A program made the position numbers and the translations under genes. A DNA stretch of 62,620 nucleotides, counting the filler. It is 14 parts of 14 records of this genome, joined end to end, with 100 filler letters (N's around TTAATTAATTAA, not from the genome) between each part and the next. Parts side by side here need not be neighbours in the genome. Positions count along the whole stretch, not along the records: positions 1 to 4,028 come from SRR7504441_104055; positions 4,129 to 8,323 come from SRR7504441_104307; positions 8,424 to 12,030 come from SRR7504441_104322; positions 12,131 to 15,319 come from SRR7504441_104649; 10 more parts are not named here. One strand, given 5' to 3'. Positions 1 through 12,431 of this stretch are shown one piece after another. Below the pieces are notes generated by a model, which was not told where the DNA came from, made no database searches, and saw nothing but the letters and a program-made list of their open reading frames with translations. Within the stretch, counting starts at the first letter, position 1. Every line of letters starts with the position of its first letter.

Positions 1-81
1 AAGTACAGTATACCGTACTTGTATAGCGTACTGTATACCTCGATCTGTATCATACAGTAGTCTATCGATATCTGTATTTAG

Positions 82-3000
82 GCAACGGTGCAGGGTTGTC
101 TCAGTCTGCAGGCACCGACTGTAAAGGGATTGCTGCTCCCAACTGCACCGACGGGCTTTCCGTTGGGACTCCATTGGTGTGCTGCGCAGTGTCCAGTTAC
201 CACCCCAGGCGCGCAGAGCTCTCCTCCAACAACAGCGTACCGGTCAGCTCGCCGCTCGCGATGCACCCGGCACACGTCGCCGTGGTGTGCACCCAAATGA
301 ACCGGGCCGACGCCGAGCTGCCCGAGGCTCGCTGGCAGTCGGCCGACCCAGACCCCGACTCCCAGCCGTGGTTTCTCCGGAGCAGGCGGCGCCCGGAGGC
401 CCGGGAAGTTGTGGTCGGGCTGTGCGCGCCCGCGGCAGTGAGCTTTGCCATTGTCATCATCCTCGGGCTCGCATTCAACCAGGTGAGTATCGTCCAGGGG
501 CCGGCATTACGGCGGCTTGGCCAGCTCTACACCGGCAACGCGTGGTCCGGCGGCGAAGGATATCCAACCAGAAACTTGTGAGTGTCGCCGCCACCCGCGT
601 CGTGATCACCCAGTCGGTGTGCAGCGGCTTCGAAACTCGCCCCGACACGGTCACGCTCAACGCGCTCGGGTGCGGTTGTGCCTCGGCCGCGGTGGGTGTC
701 ACGCTGGCTGCGGTCCGATTCTTCTTTCGCCACTTTACACACCCTCGGTAGAGCCGATGCCCCGGGCGCCCCTGACCGGGTGCGTGCAGAGTTTACGGGG
801 TTTATTCCTTCACGGTGTACGTGACGATGCTGGTCGTATTGGTATGGTGGGTGTACGGCGGAGAGGGGACCAGCGCCACGACCGAAGGCGCTAATGCCTT
901 TGCTAAGCAGATCTTCGCATTCCTGAATGACAATATCGAGTGAGTAGCCCATTGGCTACCGCTCTCATCGAGCTTGCTGCAGTGACACGACCACATTCAG
1001 CTCTATAGCCTACGCGAGCAGCTTCTGGGACTGGATGGATGGACCCTTTAAGCGATTTTTGATAGCGTCGGTCATCAACAACGAGGGTTACAACTACAAC
1101 GGGCCGGCAATGATGTCAATGGATAAGGGTGATCAAACCCCTTGGATTGTGAGTTGGTGCACGCTGCGCTTTATATACGCCGATACCCAACCATCGAGCT
1201 TGCGGTCTTATTTTGATAACGAATACACCGTAAGAATTCCACAATTTGAGCAAAAGTACTGGAAAACTGACTTCGACCAAGCCACGAAGGTGCACACTAC
1301 GCCGAGTGAGCCGCTTGACGGGGTCGATTGGGCCAGGACTACTACGGATATTACAATTGGACTTTCACTACGCGATCAGAGACCTACAAGAATGTTTTCG
1401 ACCAAGATGTTGTTTCCTGGGAATTTGTGGGGGACAACGGAATAGCATACCCTGGGGCAGGAGGCACGCGCGACTGCTCTTTTTGTGATTGACGGAGGCA
1501 CGTGTCAGGTATTTTTTCGACAGACCTGCATCCGGACTGCTGTGGGACTAATTGCCAGTCCACGGGGAAATTCCACAATGGCCGGACAGGGTGCCAGGTA
1601 CAAGGGACGTGGTACGTATCGCCAGACTGCTTCATTCGGCGTGATCGCTTCGGCAGGTTCCCAGACCTTGTAAAGGCGGGGAGTGACAATGGCACGCTTT
1701 TCCGTCAGAATTACGAACGGGAAATTCAGTTCTTTGCAAAGCACCACATCTTGAATCCCCAATCTGCACTGGTACTCATGGTTTGGCGCCTGTGATGGTA
1801 TGGGCGCACAGACCCAGTTGAGCTGCAACGTGATCTCGGCTAACAACGACATCCAAGCGTTCGTGACTTATTCGTTGGAAACAGAGAACTCGGGGCTTGT
1901 CAACCCGCTCGAGCCTGCTGTAAGTGTTCGGTGCTTAAGTGCCATATGGAGGGTGCTTCAGGTAACTATAATGCGCTATCCTGTCACCAGCTTGGGCGCT
2001 GTGTACTTTCCGCTCGTCTATTGCATCTACATCATGTGCGAGGAAATTCAAGATATGGTCATTGGCGGCTTTAGGGACTATTTCGCACACAGTGGATGGT
2101 ACCATCCAGCCATCATGAGCAGCGGGCGATTGACCTGGGCACACAGGCTGAACCTGATGGACCACTTGGCGCTGGGAGCGCTACTGGTAGTCTGGGTCCT
2201 GGATATAGTTTTTTATGGATCGTTACCTGTACTCGATAACAAGAACCTGCGAGGAGATGTGTGGTTTACAGTGGAGTACACTCAGGTCTATTTCCGTGGG
2301 GAATGCGATGAGTTGTAAATGCAGAGACTTTGGCAAACAATGTTGGGAATCGCTTGCTTCGCAGTAGTGTTCAAAGGTCTTAAGTTCACTCGCAATGTCC
2401 CGGTGATGTCCCACATTGGTGACAAGTACTCAAACGCCTGGCAATTGACTGTTGTCGAATCAGGTAACACTTTCTCCCACACGTTGGTAAACGTGTCGGT
2501 GTTTCTTCTGGTGGTGATGGTGATGCTTTTTGCATTTGCGGTACTCTTCAACTTGATGTACTCCATTACTGCAATGACCTGCTTCGACGCTGTGCTCCCA
2601 TCAATGTTTAGCCTATTCCGTGGACTTTTGGGCGATCTAGTAAGCTGCATGCTAAGATTAAGCAACTCACTTGGATTTGCTCTTTTTACAGGATGTGAAT
2701 GGCATGATAGCAGCTTCACCCATCTTTGGTTTGCCACATTCGTCAGTTAGCGCGTGACAGCTGCTGTTCAGGGCCTATCTTCTTTGCCGTCTTCGTCACT
2801 TCTGTACTCTTTGTAGCTTTCACGATTTTGATTGCGATCGTGTGTGAATCATTCAGTGCGGTGATGCACGAGCGACCATCCGAAGGCGTGGTCGTCGAGA
2901 TGCTTGCATGGATGGAGAGGCTGTCAAGCAAGCCGGAAGAAAAGGAGTCGGACGACATCGGCGCGGACTCAGACCAGGAAGGGAGCGAGCTCCAGATTGT

Positions 3001-3526
3001 CAAAGCCAAGCTTGATCGGATCGAGGAAATGCTCAAGGCTCATTTCACGCCGAATGCAATCAGTTCTGAGGTCGACACGCTGAATCAAGCAAGTGCCACG
3101 AAGCAGGAAGCCGGACTATCGCCTGACAATCCTGTGTTGAAGACCGAGCCGAGCGACTTGACGGTTTTGAGCAATCCTATGTGGAACCCACTCAGCCCTG
3201 ACAAAGGAATGGTGACGGTTGTTGAACCTCAGCCGTTGTCTCCTGTTCACTCTACATCGGCTCCTTCGAGCGACTTTGTTTTAGCTGACCCCTTCCCTCA
3301 GAGCAATGGAAACAAGCCCCAAAGGAGTCCAAGTCATGAGCAGCCGGCAGCACAACGCCGTGTGCTGTCGAGAAACGAGGCTCGGGCAGAACTAGAAGTG
3401 CTCCGTCGTCAACGGGAGGCTGGTGAGGTGAGCGAAGACAAGTACAAATATGCAAAGCTTGAGCTGCAACGCGCCTGCGGCATGAAACCTGATGAAGAGG
3501 ACGTCCTCGCTTCTGTGAAAATATAG
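82..3526 (+). CDS. Polycystin-2 (PKD2/TRPP)-like cation channel, multi-exon, probably 5'-truncated
   Basis: Spliced reading gives SFWDWMDG, GIAYPGAGG.FSTDL, several TM segments, FKGLKF and an S6-like GPIFFAVFVTSVLFVAFTILIAIVCESF, then a coiled-coil tail. More than 10 short introns. Positions 1-81 look like an intron ending in TTTAG. Confidence 0.75.
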
Positions 3527-3705
3527 CTATAGGTTCAACCAGACTACAGAAATATCGCTTCTGTGAGAATACTTATGATAGATACATGTACAATTTTACT
3601 AGTATCCCTTAGAGCCACCGGCAGGTTTCTGACATATAATTATTCCGCCTAATCTAGTACAAGGCTCTAGAGGCTAGTGCATAATTATCTTCACTGACAA
3701 TATCT

Positions 3706-4028
3706 TCAATTACATGTCTCCTCCAGAAACTGAGGCTCCTTGCAGTCGAACCTTTTCATCAGCCTCAAATAAAACTGAGCTGAATCCTCCGCTGGACCTC
3801 GACACAGCAAATCATCCGCATACAACGCCACCCTGTGCCTTCCATTCGGGCTCACAAAGATACACGGATCATTCTTGCACCGACAGTACTGCAGCTCCTC
3901 AACCAAGTACCTCACCAGAGTCTTGTGCCAGGCCCTGGGAGCACTCCTCTGCCCATAAACCGGACCCAACAGTTGAAACACATATACCCTGCCTAGCACA
4001 AATACGGCTAACATGGGAGCGAGTACCA
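3706..4028 (-). mobile_element. Ty1/copia LTR retrotransposon reverse transcriptase fragment, cut by the contig end
   Basis: VYGQRSAPRAW, NDPCIF and LYADDLL match the copia RT motifs LYGLKQAPRAW, DPCLF and LYVDDLL. Confidence 0.8.
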
Positions 4029-4128
4029 NNNNNNNNNNNNNNNNNNNNNNNNNNNNNNNNNNNNNNNNNNNNTTAATTAATTAANNNNNNNNNNNNNNNN
4101 NNNNNNNNNNNNNNNNNNNNNNNNNNNN
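4029..4128. other. Artificial contig spacer (N44-TTAATTAATTAA-N44). Identical spacers at 8324-8423, 12031-12130, 15320-15419, 19787-19886, 23043-23142, 29497-29596, 34976-35075, 38907-39006, 42600-42699, 45707-45806, 55105-55204 and 59081-59180
   Basis: Thirteen identical 100-nt blocks with a core that stops all six frames. Genes are truncated and base composition changes at these points. Confidence 0.98.
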
Positions 4129-7100
4129 CGGGGCGGCCACCACCATCACGGGCGTGATGAAGCTGCTCCAAGCCAACAAGGACAAGTCGCAGTCGTTCGA
4201 CTCGTTGGTGGCGCACATGGGCAAGGCACCCAATCAACTCGTGCTCAAAGCGTGAGCCGGCTGTTACAGGTGGCGAGCTGGAATGTGAGGAATGCCGGCT
4301 CGTTCGCGGGCAACCTGGTGATGGCCCGCGAGTATGCCTTTGCCTCCGACTTGGCCACGATTTTCTGGGGAGCTGGGGCCACACTGAGTGTGCTGCTCGA
4401 CGGGGCCCCGACGGAGCTGTCGATCGAGCAATTCTTGCACGACCAGCTGCCGGCCAACTACCTCATTCTGTCGATCAGCTTCCCTTACTGCGCCCCGGGC
4501 CAGCATCTGTTCACATTCCGCCAGGCAGCCGGTCTTGGGGCGCAGTCTGACGCTGGGCAGGCGATGCGGACCACCAACGCGCATGCGTTGCTCAATGCAG
4601 CCATCATGGCCACCCTGGACGGCACCAAGGTCACCCAATGCTCGTTTGTGCTCGGGTGCTGGAAGGAGGGCGAGCGTGCCAAGACTCTCGGCGCGCTGCA
4701 GGACTTCCTTGTCGGCAAGTGTGTTAAGGACGCGGGCACCCTCTCGGGCGCGCTCGAGCTGCTGGCAGCAGAGGAGATCGGGCCAGAAGCCCAGTACCAC
4801 AGCACCATCCAGCCAGAGGGCAAGGACGCCTACAGGGCCTCGCTGCTGCAAGTGTTTGGATACAAGCTCGTGCTCAAGCTCGCCCTCGCGGCTGGTGTGG
4901 AGCTGCCGCAGCCACTCATCAGCGCCGTCACGCCTGGACCTGACGCCAACCCGCCACGCCCCTCTGGCGCTGGCAAGCAGGTGGCTTGGTGGCTGTCCCG
5001 TTTCGACGAGCCTGGTAGGTGTACACTCCAGTCGACATGGATGACTCGCACCCCGGCAAGCACCCAGCTCCCAAGCCAGACATCCTGGTGTGTGGCTGTC
5101 GCAGCTAGCGGCTCTAATCCTAGCGACAGTCGATTGCATCTGGCGAAGCCAAGTATACTGACGACACCCCGCTCGTGCACGGCACGCTGTTCGGTGCTCT
5201 GGTGCCTTCATCTGCCGCAAATAAAGTGGTCGCAAAGGTGCATACGCGTGCGGGCTAGGTGTCTAACCATGTAATGCTAGGTGTGTACTGAGAAGGCTGC
5301 AAGCATGCCTGGCGTGACCCATGTGCTGACCGCCGAGAACACCAGCCCAGTGTTCTACGACTTCGCCGGCTTTGAGACTATGCTGCTCGTGCCGGTGCTT
5401 GCCGCCATTAGGGCCTTGCTGTGACCAGCGGACATGTTGGCGCCACTACCTGCTTCCAGGGCCAGCCAGTCGCACTGGTGCTCGCCAAATCCAGGAGGCA
5501 GGCAGAAGCAGCAGCCACAGTCTGTGCAGCTGCTGTCGAGTACACGGCCTCAGAGATTCCGGACCGATTCAAGGTCGCCGATTCGATTGCAGCGGAGGAC
5601 CCTTCGCTCACCAACTCGATCTTTGACCCCACCTCGCCCTTGATCTGCGTCCAGGCTGGGATGTTCACTGGTGGCCCTGCTGAGAAGCAGGGCGAGGATG
5701 TGGGTGACGACGCAGCTGTCTGGGCCAACTGTGCCACCGTGGTCGAAGGCAAGGTCAAGATCGGAGGACAGTCGCACTTCTACATGGAGAAGAACTCGGC
5801 CTACATTGTGCCTGGCGAAGGTGGCATGTTCACCATCTACAATTCGTGCCAATACCCAGACCTGGTGCACTCCAAAGCGTGCCTCTGGCTTGGTGGCCTG
5901 CCCAAGAACAAGGTTAGTGTGGTGCTGAAGCGCCTCGGAGGCTCGTTCGGCGGCAAGGCCACGGGTAACCTGCACGTGGTGGCTGCGGCATGTGTCGGCA
6001 CAGCTGTCACTGGAAAACCGATTAAGATCCAGAACTCGATTGGCGTCGACATGGCCATCGCCGGCAACTGCAGACATCCGATGGACATGACCTACAAGAT
6101 GGGCTGCGACGCCGACGGCATGTTCGTGGCTGCCAAGTTTGATAATGCGGTGGATGCTGGTTGCGGGAGCGACTTCACTTTCTTCGTCACTGACGAGGTG
6201 AAGAGCAACCTAAAGTCGACTTACAACATCCCGAACATCGAGAGCTCCGCCAAGGCTTACAAGACCCAGACTCCGTCAAACACTGTGGTCCGCGCTCCTG
6301 GACTAGTGCAAGCGAACCACCTGCTCGAGACCGCCATCGATCACCTGGCTGCCAAACATGGTGTCACAGCGACAGAACTTCGAGTCAAGAACATGTGCGG
6401 TGACGAGGGTGGCACCACAATCAAGGGAGCCCCGCTTCATGATGCGACTTTCAACCAGATTCGCGACAGTCTGATGACCAGCGCCGAATTTGAGGCTCGC
6501 AAGCAGGCCGTGGCCACCTTTAACGCAGCCAACAAGTGGAAGAAGCGTGGAATCGAGTACACCCCCACCCGCTATGGCTGTACACACGCATTTGGCGCTG
6601 GTGCAGCTGTCAAGGTGGGCATCTATGCTTCAGATGGCACAGTGGTGGTGCACGCAACTGGCTCTGAGATGGGCCAAGGGCTCAACTCCAAAGTGTGCCT
6701 GGCTGTAGCCACCTCACTAGGCTGCCCTATTGAGAACGTCACCTTCGCTGAGTCGGACACTCGCAACATGCCCAATGCTGGCGTGACAGGCGGCTCTGTC
6801 GGCTCCGAGTGCTGCGTAAACGCCGCTCTGAAGGCATGCGACACCCTCAAGGAGCGGATGAAGCCCGTCAAAGACTGGATGACCGCGCTGGACGCCGACG
6901 CGATTGTCGCTGGAGACACTGAGCACAAGCACCCGCTCGGACTTCCACAGGAGACGGCCAACAAGTTCATGGGGTTCATCGGACTCGAGCAGGCTGGTGC
7001 GCTGCAGGGCGTGGGTCCAGCTGGACAAGAGCCAAGCTGGCAGCAGCTGTGCGCCTTCTGCTCTGGCGGCTTTTTTCCTTTTGATCTGCATCTTGACTTG

Positions 7101-7847
7101 ACCGCCACTGGCAAGTTTCACGCCGCAGGTCGCAACAACCTCGACTGGATCAAGGGCTTCTGCTCAATGGCCGAGGGAGCGGGCCCAGCGCAGGGTGCGC
7201 CATCAGGACCCGACGACATCAACCCAGCGAACGCTTTCTTCAGCAGCCTGGCCAAAGTGAACCCGCCTTTTGGGCACGGCCTGGTTGACTACTTCATCTA
7301 CGGCGGTTCTATCACCGAGGTCGAAGTGGACGTGCTCACTGGTGCCAAGACGGTCGTGCGTGCTGACGTGTGCCAAGACACCGGCAACTCTCTCAATGCC
7401 CAGATCGACATCGGCCAGTCGGAGGGTGCATACATCCAGGGCCTCGGTTTCTTCCTCCAGGAAGAGATGCTCTATGACCACAAGACTGGGTTCAACCACT
7501 CGCAGGACACTTGGGAGTACAAGCCCTGCCTCAACTCGGACATGCCCTTGGAGATGAACGTCTCTCTGCATAACTCGGCCCCCAAGAACCCGCTCGAGAT
7601 CAACTACATTCTGGGCAGCAAGGCGGTTGGTGAGCCGCCGTTGCTGCTGGCACTCTCAGCCTACAGTGCTGTCAAGAGTGCGATCCGGGCCTCTCGAGTG
7701 GAGCGCGGACTGTCGCCGGAGTTTGAGCTCCAGGTCCCGGCCACAGTCGACCGGATCCAGCAAGCGCTCGAGGTAGTGGGCGTGTTCCTGCTGACTTGAT
7801 GAGATTTGCTTGTGCAGGTTGACCCTTGCAAGGAGTTCAGCCTCTAA
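4129..7847 (+). CDS. Molybdopterin hydroxylase (aldehyde oxidase/xanthine dehydrogenase family), 5'-partial
   Basis: VRNAGSFAGNL (FAD domain), SGEAKYTDD, QSHFYME, LGGSFGGKA, VRAPG, EMGQGL, DIGQSEGAYIQGLG and SKAVGEPP (catalytic Glu). GGKA rather than GGKE suggests an aldehyde-oxidase type. About six short introns. Confidence 0.9.
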
Positions 7848-8423
7848 GCGCAATGGCTACAAATGACCACCCAGAGGCTATCATACGACATGGCCGAATT
7901 GTGTACCAGTACAATATCCCCCGTGCTACATATTTTGATGGGAGTACCCTATGTGCTGCTTAACCCGATGTGCAAGATGATAGTATTAATTGTGGCCACC
8001 ATATGTGCCATGAATTTTCAAGATACTACTGATTCTGATCCAATGGCGACAATTTATGGTCAGAATCTAGTGACATTATTTCAATTCTCTCCCGGACCTA
8101 CATGGCAGGGAAATAGATCGATGAAACTTGTAACCTCGAAATAAATCAAAGCTTCCGCTAACAATCAGCTACCATGGCCACAGCTTCCTTGCTCATCTTT
8201 TGATCATAGTCATCGATTTCCATGACATGCATAGTTACTTGTACATGTAGCATGCATCCGTCCTTGGAAGCGATACTGTTGGACCCAACTAAGGCCCAAC
8301 TATTATTACAATAAGCAAAATTTNNNNNNNNNNNNNNNNNNNNNNNNNNNNNNNNNNNNNNNNNNNNTTAATTAATTAANNNNNNNNNNNNNNNNNNNNN
8401 NNNNNNNNNNNNNNNNNNNNNNN

Positions 8424-11400
8424 GTCGGCCATGAGCGCTCCCACATGATACCCCGGGACGAATCCAGATGCTTTGGCCCACTCAGCCGAGGACAACTCTT
8501 TTACAATCTTGTACCTGGTGCCTTTCCCACCAAGCGAATGCTGAGTGTATATATATGACCCAATTGCGTCCATCCACGCTAACACTCGCAGCTTTCAAAA
8601 CGAACGATAGAATCGCATGAGCATTGGTGCCCGCGTACCCAAACGAGCTTATCCCAAGCGCTCTTGTCGCTGGCAACAGCGAACTCTGCGATGGCAAGAC
8701 GATTGAAAGATCAGCTGCTGGTAGGTGTGGATTGGTTGTCACTAAGTGAAGATTCGGAGCCGTGTAGCTGTTTAAGAGAGTGGATGCGCATTTTATAGCT
8801 CCAGTGACCCCAGCGGCGAACTCTGAGTGGCCAATATTGCTCTTAAGCGCCCCAATCGCACCACAGCAAAGTCCTGAGTACCCCTGGTTCACCTGGGCCA
8901 ACGCTCCAAATTCGATCGGATCTCCGAGGGCTGTCCCCGTCCCATGCGCCTCGACAGATTCAAGCCGCAACACATCCGCTGCATCCAAGGCCTCTTCAAC
9001 AACAAGTCGCTGTGCCATACCATTAGGCGCCATGAAGCTTGCGCTTCGACCGTCTTGATTAATAGAAGCGCCACCGACAAACACACAGTGTTGAGCAGAC
9101 GCTAACTTAGCAAAGCTCAAAACTGAACAAGCATCGCCTCGGCCGTATCCATCCGCTCTGCGATCGAATGTTTTGCAGCAACCATCTGACGACAGTGCAT
9201 GCAACGCACACATCATTGTCCATGCAGGCGACCCTATGGTCAGGTTGACCCCTGCGCCGATTGCATGCTCGCAGCTGGTACTCTCCAAGCACTGGCAGGC
9301 TGCGTCCAGGGCCACCAACGAAGACGAACATGCCGTGTCAACGCTGAAGCACGGTCCAATAAGGCCCAACAGGTATGATATCCGGCCACAGGCTGCGCCT
9401 GCATGAGAGCCATGTGCACTGTAGGTGCTGATTCCATCCACGAAGGAGGAGCTCCAGCCGGTGGACCCGAAGCCCAGAAAAACCCCAGTCCTAGAACCAT
9501 ACAGCGAAATCCGCATCAAACCTGCGGAAGTGATAGCTCCAAATGCAGTTTCGAGTAGAACACGCTGGTTAGGGTCGGTGGCCCGGACCTCCGCTCTACC
9601 CATCTCGAATAAATCATGATCAAATAGCTCAGGGTGGTCGATAAAGTGGCCGTGCTGCGCATATATATCGCACCAGTCTGACTGTACATGAGATTTGGGG
9701 ATACCCTTGAGCGACTCATGTGCTCGAAGCAACATGCTAAAGAGTGCCGACGGACTAGCACAGCTGCTGGGTGTAGAGCACTGCATGCCAGTTACAAAGC
9801 AAACAGTCTCAGTAGACCGACTCAGCAGCAGCGGATGTTCACGCACGATTCCTGCGTTCGGGAGACTGAATTCGAAGCGCAGATGTTCCGCAATGGCTTC
9901 TGCAGTGGGGTAATCAAACACCAGTGTCACAGGGAGCTGCGATGCCTCGGGTGGCAATACGGTTTGAAGTGAACGACTCAGGCGCACGGCACTGAGAGAT
10001 GTCAGCCCAGCTTGCATGAGCGGCTGCATCAAGCCTACAGCGTGGCCTACCAAATCCTCTACATGCTTGAGAACAGCAGTCTCAAACTGCGATGAAGAAG
10101 TATCACGAGGACCGAGACTTGCTTCCGTGTCCTTTGGGACGGCACCCTTGGGCGCAAGCAATCGCCGGCGGTTTAGCTTCCCTGAAGAGTTGAGTGGCCA
10201 CTCAGCCATCTTCAACACCTCCGATGGCACCATATATGCTGGAAGCCCTTGTCGGCACAGAGCAATGACAGTGTCGGGCTCAACGAAATCTGGCACTACA
10301 TATGACACCAGGCGGTCGCCACTAGAGTTGCACAGCAACACGACCGCATCTCGGACCCCTGGCGCACTTCGTATCACAGCCTCAATCTCATTAGCTTCTA
10401 TCCGCTGTCCATTGAGCTTGATTTGGAAATCCATTCGGCCGAGGAACTCCATGTTGCCACTTTGAAGCACCCGGGCCCGGTCGCCGGTGGCATACAACCG
10501 TTGCTGCAGCCACCGTGAGTGGCTAAAGTTGTGAGCAGTGAGATCAGGGCGGCCAATGTAACCACGAGCTAGCTGGACCCCACCAAGATGCAATTCGCCA
10601 GGAGCACCAGCTGGCCATAGCAATTGCCCACTGTGTCTGACAAAGCAGCTAACATTAGGGAGACAACTGCCAATCGGGACATCATCGCCAAGGCACGGCT
10701 CCTGTTCACGGCATTCGTAGCCATGTGATGCGATTGTTGCCTCAGCTGGCCCGTATCGGTTAATAAACTTGAAGTGGCTTCCGCAGCTGTGCATGCGCAT
10801 GGCTAGGGATGCTTTGCACACCTCACCCAAGACAAACACTGTATGCACATCAGCGGGAAAAGCTTCACTGGAAGTATGACCAACGATATCCAGGTACAGC
10901 TCTAGCACTGACGGCACCAGATCAATGAAAGTGACAAGCTCAATACTGAGCAAATGCTTAGTGTATGCTGGGTCGAGCATAGCTCCAAGCTTGGCCTGCA
11001 CTAATCGAGCACCACATGTCAATGGGCACCAGACTAGCTGCACCGATGCATCAAAGGTGAGATTGGTTGAATTCAGGATCCCGTCATCGGAGCAAAGATC
11101 AATGCTCTGCTTTGTGTGGGCGAGATATGCTGCCAGAGATTCATGCTGCACAGCCACCCCCTTTGGCTGACCGGTAGAGCCTGATGTGAAGAGCACATAA
11201 GCAAGCTGGCCTGTAGTGGTTTGTACAGTTCTAAGGTTGGCAGGTATAAGTGGCCGGCCCTCCTCAGAGACTAATACAACGATTTCTCGTCTGAGCTGAC
11301 CTATAAGCGTCCGGAACCGCTGCTGCACCACCACCCCACCACTTTCAGATTGTGTTGCCAGGAAGCGCAGCCGTTCTGTAGGCAGCCTCGGGTCCAGCGG

Positions 11401-12030
11401 CATATATGCATGTCCAACTCGCATGATCCCACCCATCCCAACCACCTCTTCAACACTCTTCTCTGTGCACAGTCCCACTACGTGAAGCAAAATGCCTGCG
11501 GAAAGCAGCCTGGTAGCCAGCCGCGCGGTCCGGCACTCCAACTCACCATAGCTGACCAGCTCACCCTCAAAAGCTACACCGACTGCTTCGGGACAGCGTG
11601 CTGCTACCCACTCAAACAGACTAGGCGCAGTGCTAGAAGCGCAGTAAACTGCTGCGGTAGCGTTCCAGCGTTCCAGCACTAGCTCGGCCTCACAGAGTGG
11701 TAGCAGGGGTAGACTCGCAATGGGAGTCTGTGGCTCGCACACTACAACCTCCAACAGCCGCACCAACCGACGCGCCAACTGGGCGACCTGCATACCCAGA
11801 GATGTCAGTTGCAAGCCATCGCGCGGCGTCACCGTGCCGGTTTGAAACGTGGTGGCATTATAGCTGATGTGACCAGACCAGTCACTTTGGTTGGAATCGC
11901 AAGGGGCAAGATGAAGCTCCAGGTCCATACCGGTGGCCTGACGATGTTGAAGTCTGCACACCTCCAAACCTGCCATCGATGGTGAATTTGATTGTTCCAC
12001 CCCTTCCTCCCACAGGAACATGGTCTGGTA
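8424..12030 (-). CDS. Hybrid NRPS-PKS fragment: condensation C-terminus, adenylation, carrier protein, ketosynthase, probable start of a DH domain; truncated at both ends
   Basis: A domain: YVLFTSGSTGQPKG, YGPAEAT, GELHLGG..LARGY, YATGD, GRMDFQIK. Carrier: AGLTSL...LVFDYPT. KS: DTACSSSL, EAHGTGTALGDPIE, KSNIGHSE, SSFGYAGTNAH. Introns at 11788-11832 and 8471-8514. Confidence 0.92.
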
Positions 12031-12431
12031 NNNNNNNNNNNNNNNNNNNNNNNNNNNNNNNNNNNNNNNNNNNNTTAATTAATTAANNNNNNNNNNNNNN
12101 NNNNNNNNNNNNNNNNNNNNNNNNNNNNNNACTAGCTTGTTTGACATGAAATAAAGTCCTTGTATACTAACTTGTTTGACATAAAATAATCGAATAAACT
12201 GAGTCCTAGTCCTGACCTGTACATACATCTACATGACAGTTATTGTACTAACCACGGGGCAACTGCGAGGCAACCAACTTACTAAATGTATGATAAAATA
12301 ACAGATTTTTCTAACAAATCTCAGAACAGCCGATATCCCATTTTTTGGCGCCGTGCTTTGACATGTAGTAAACAATCAAACCGCCCAATTTGACTGCATG
12401 TGAGGCTCATTTGCGCTACATTTGCGCTTTG

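Noticed and set aside
83-88. CAACGG as a promoter motif for the PKD2-like gene
   Set aside because: It follows a probable splice acceptor (TTTAG at 77-81) and is likely exonic, so it was not counted.
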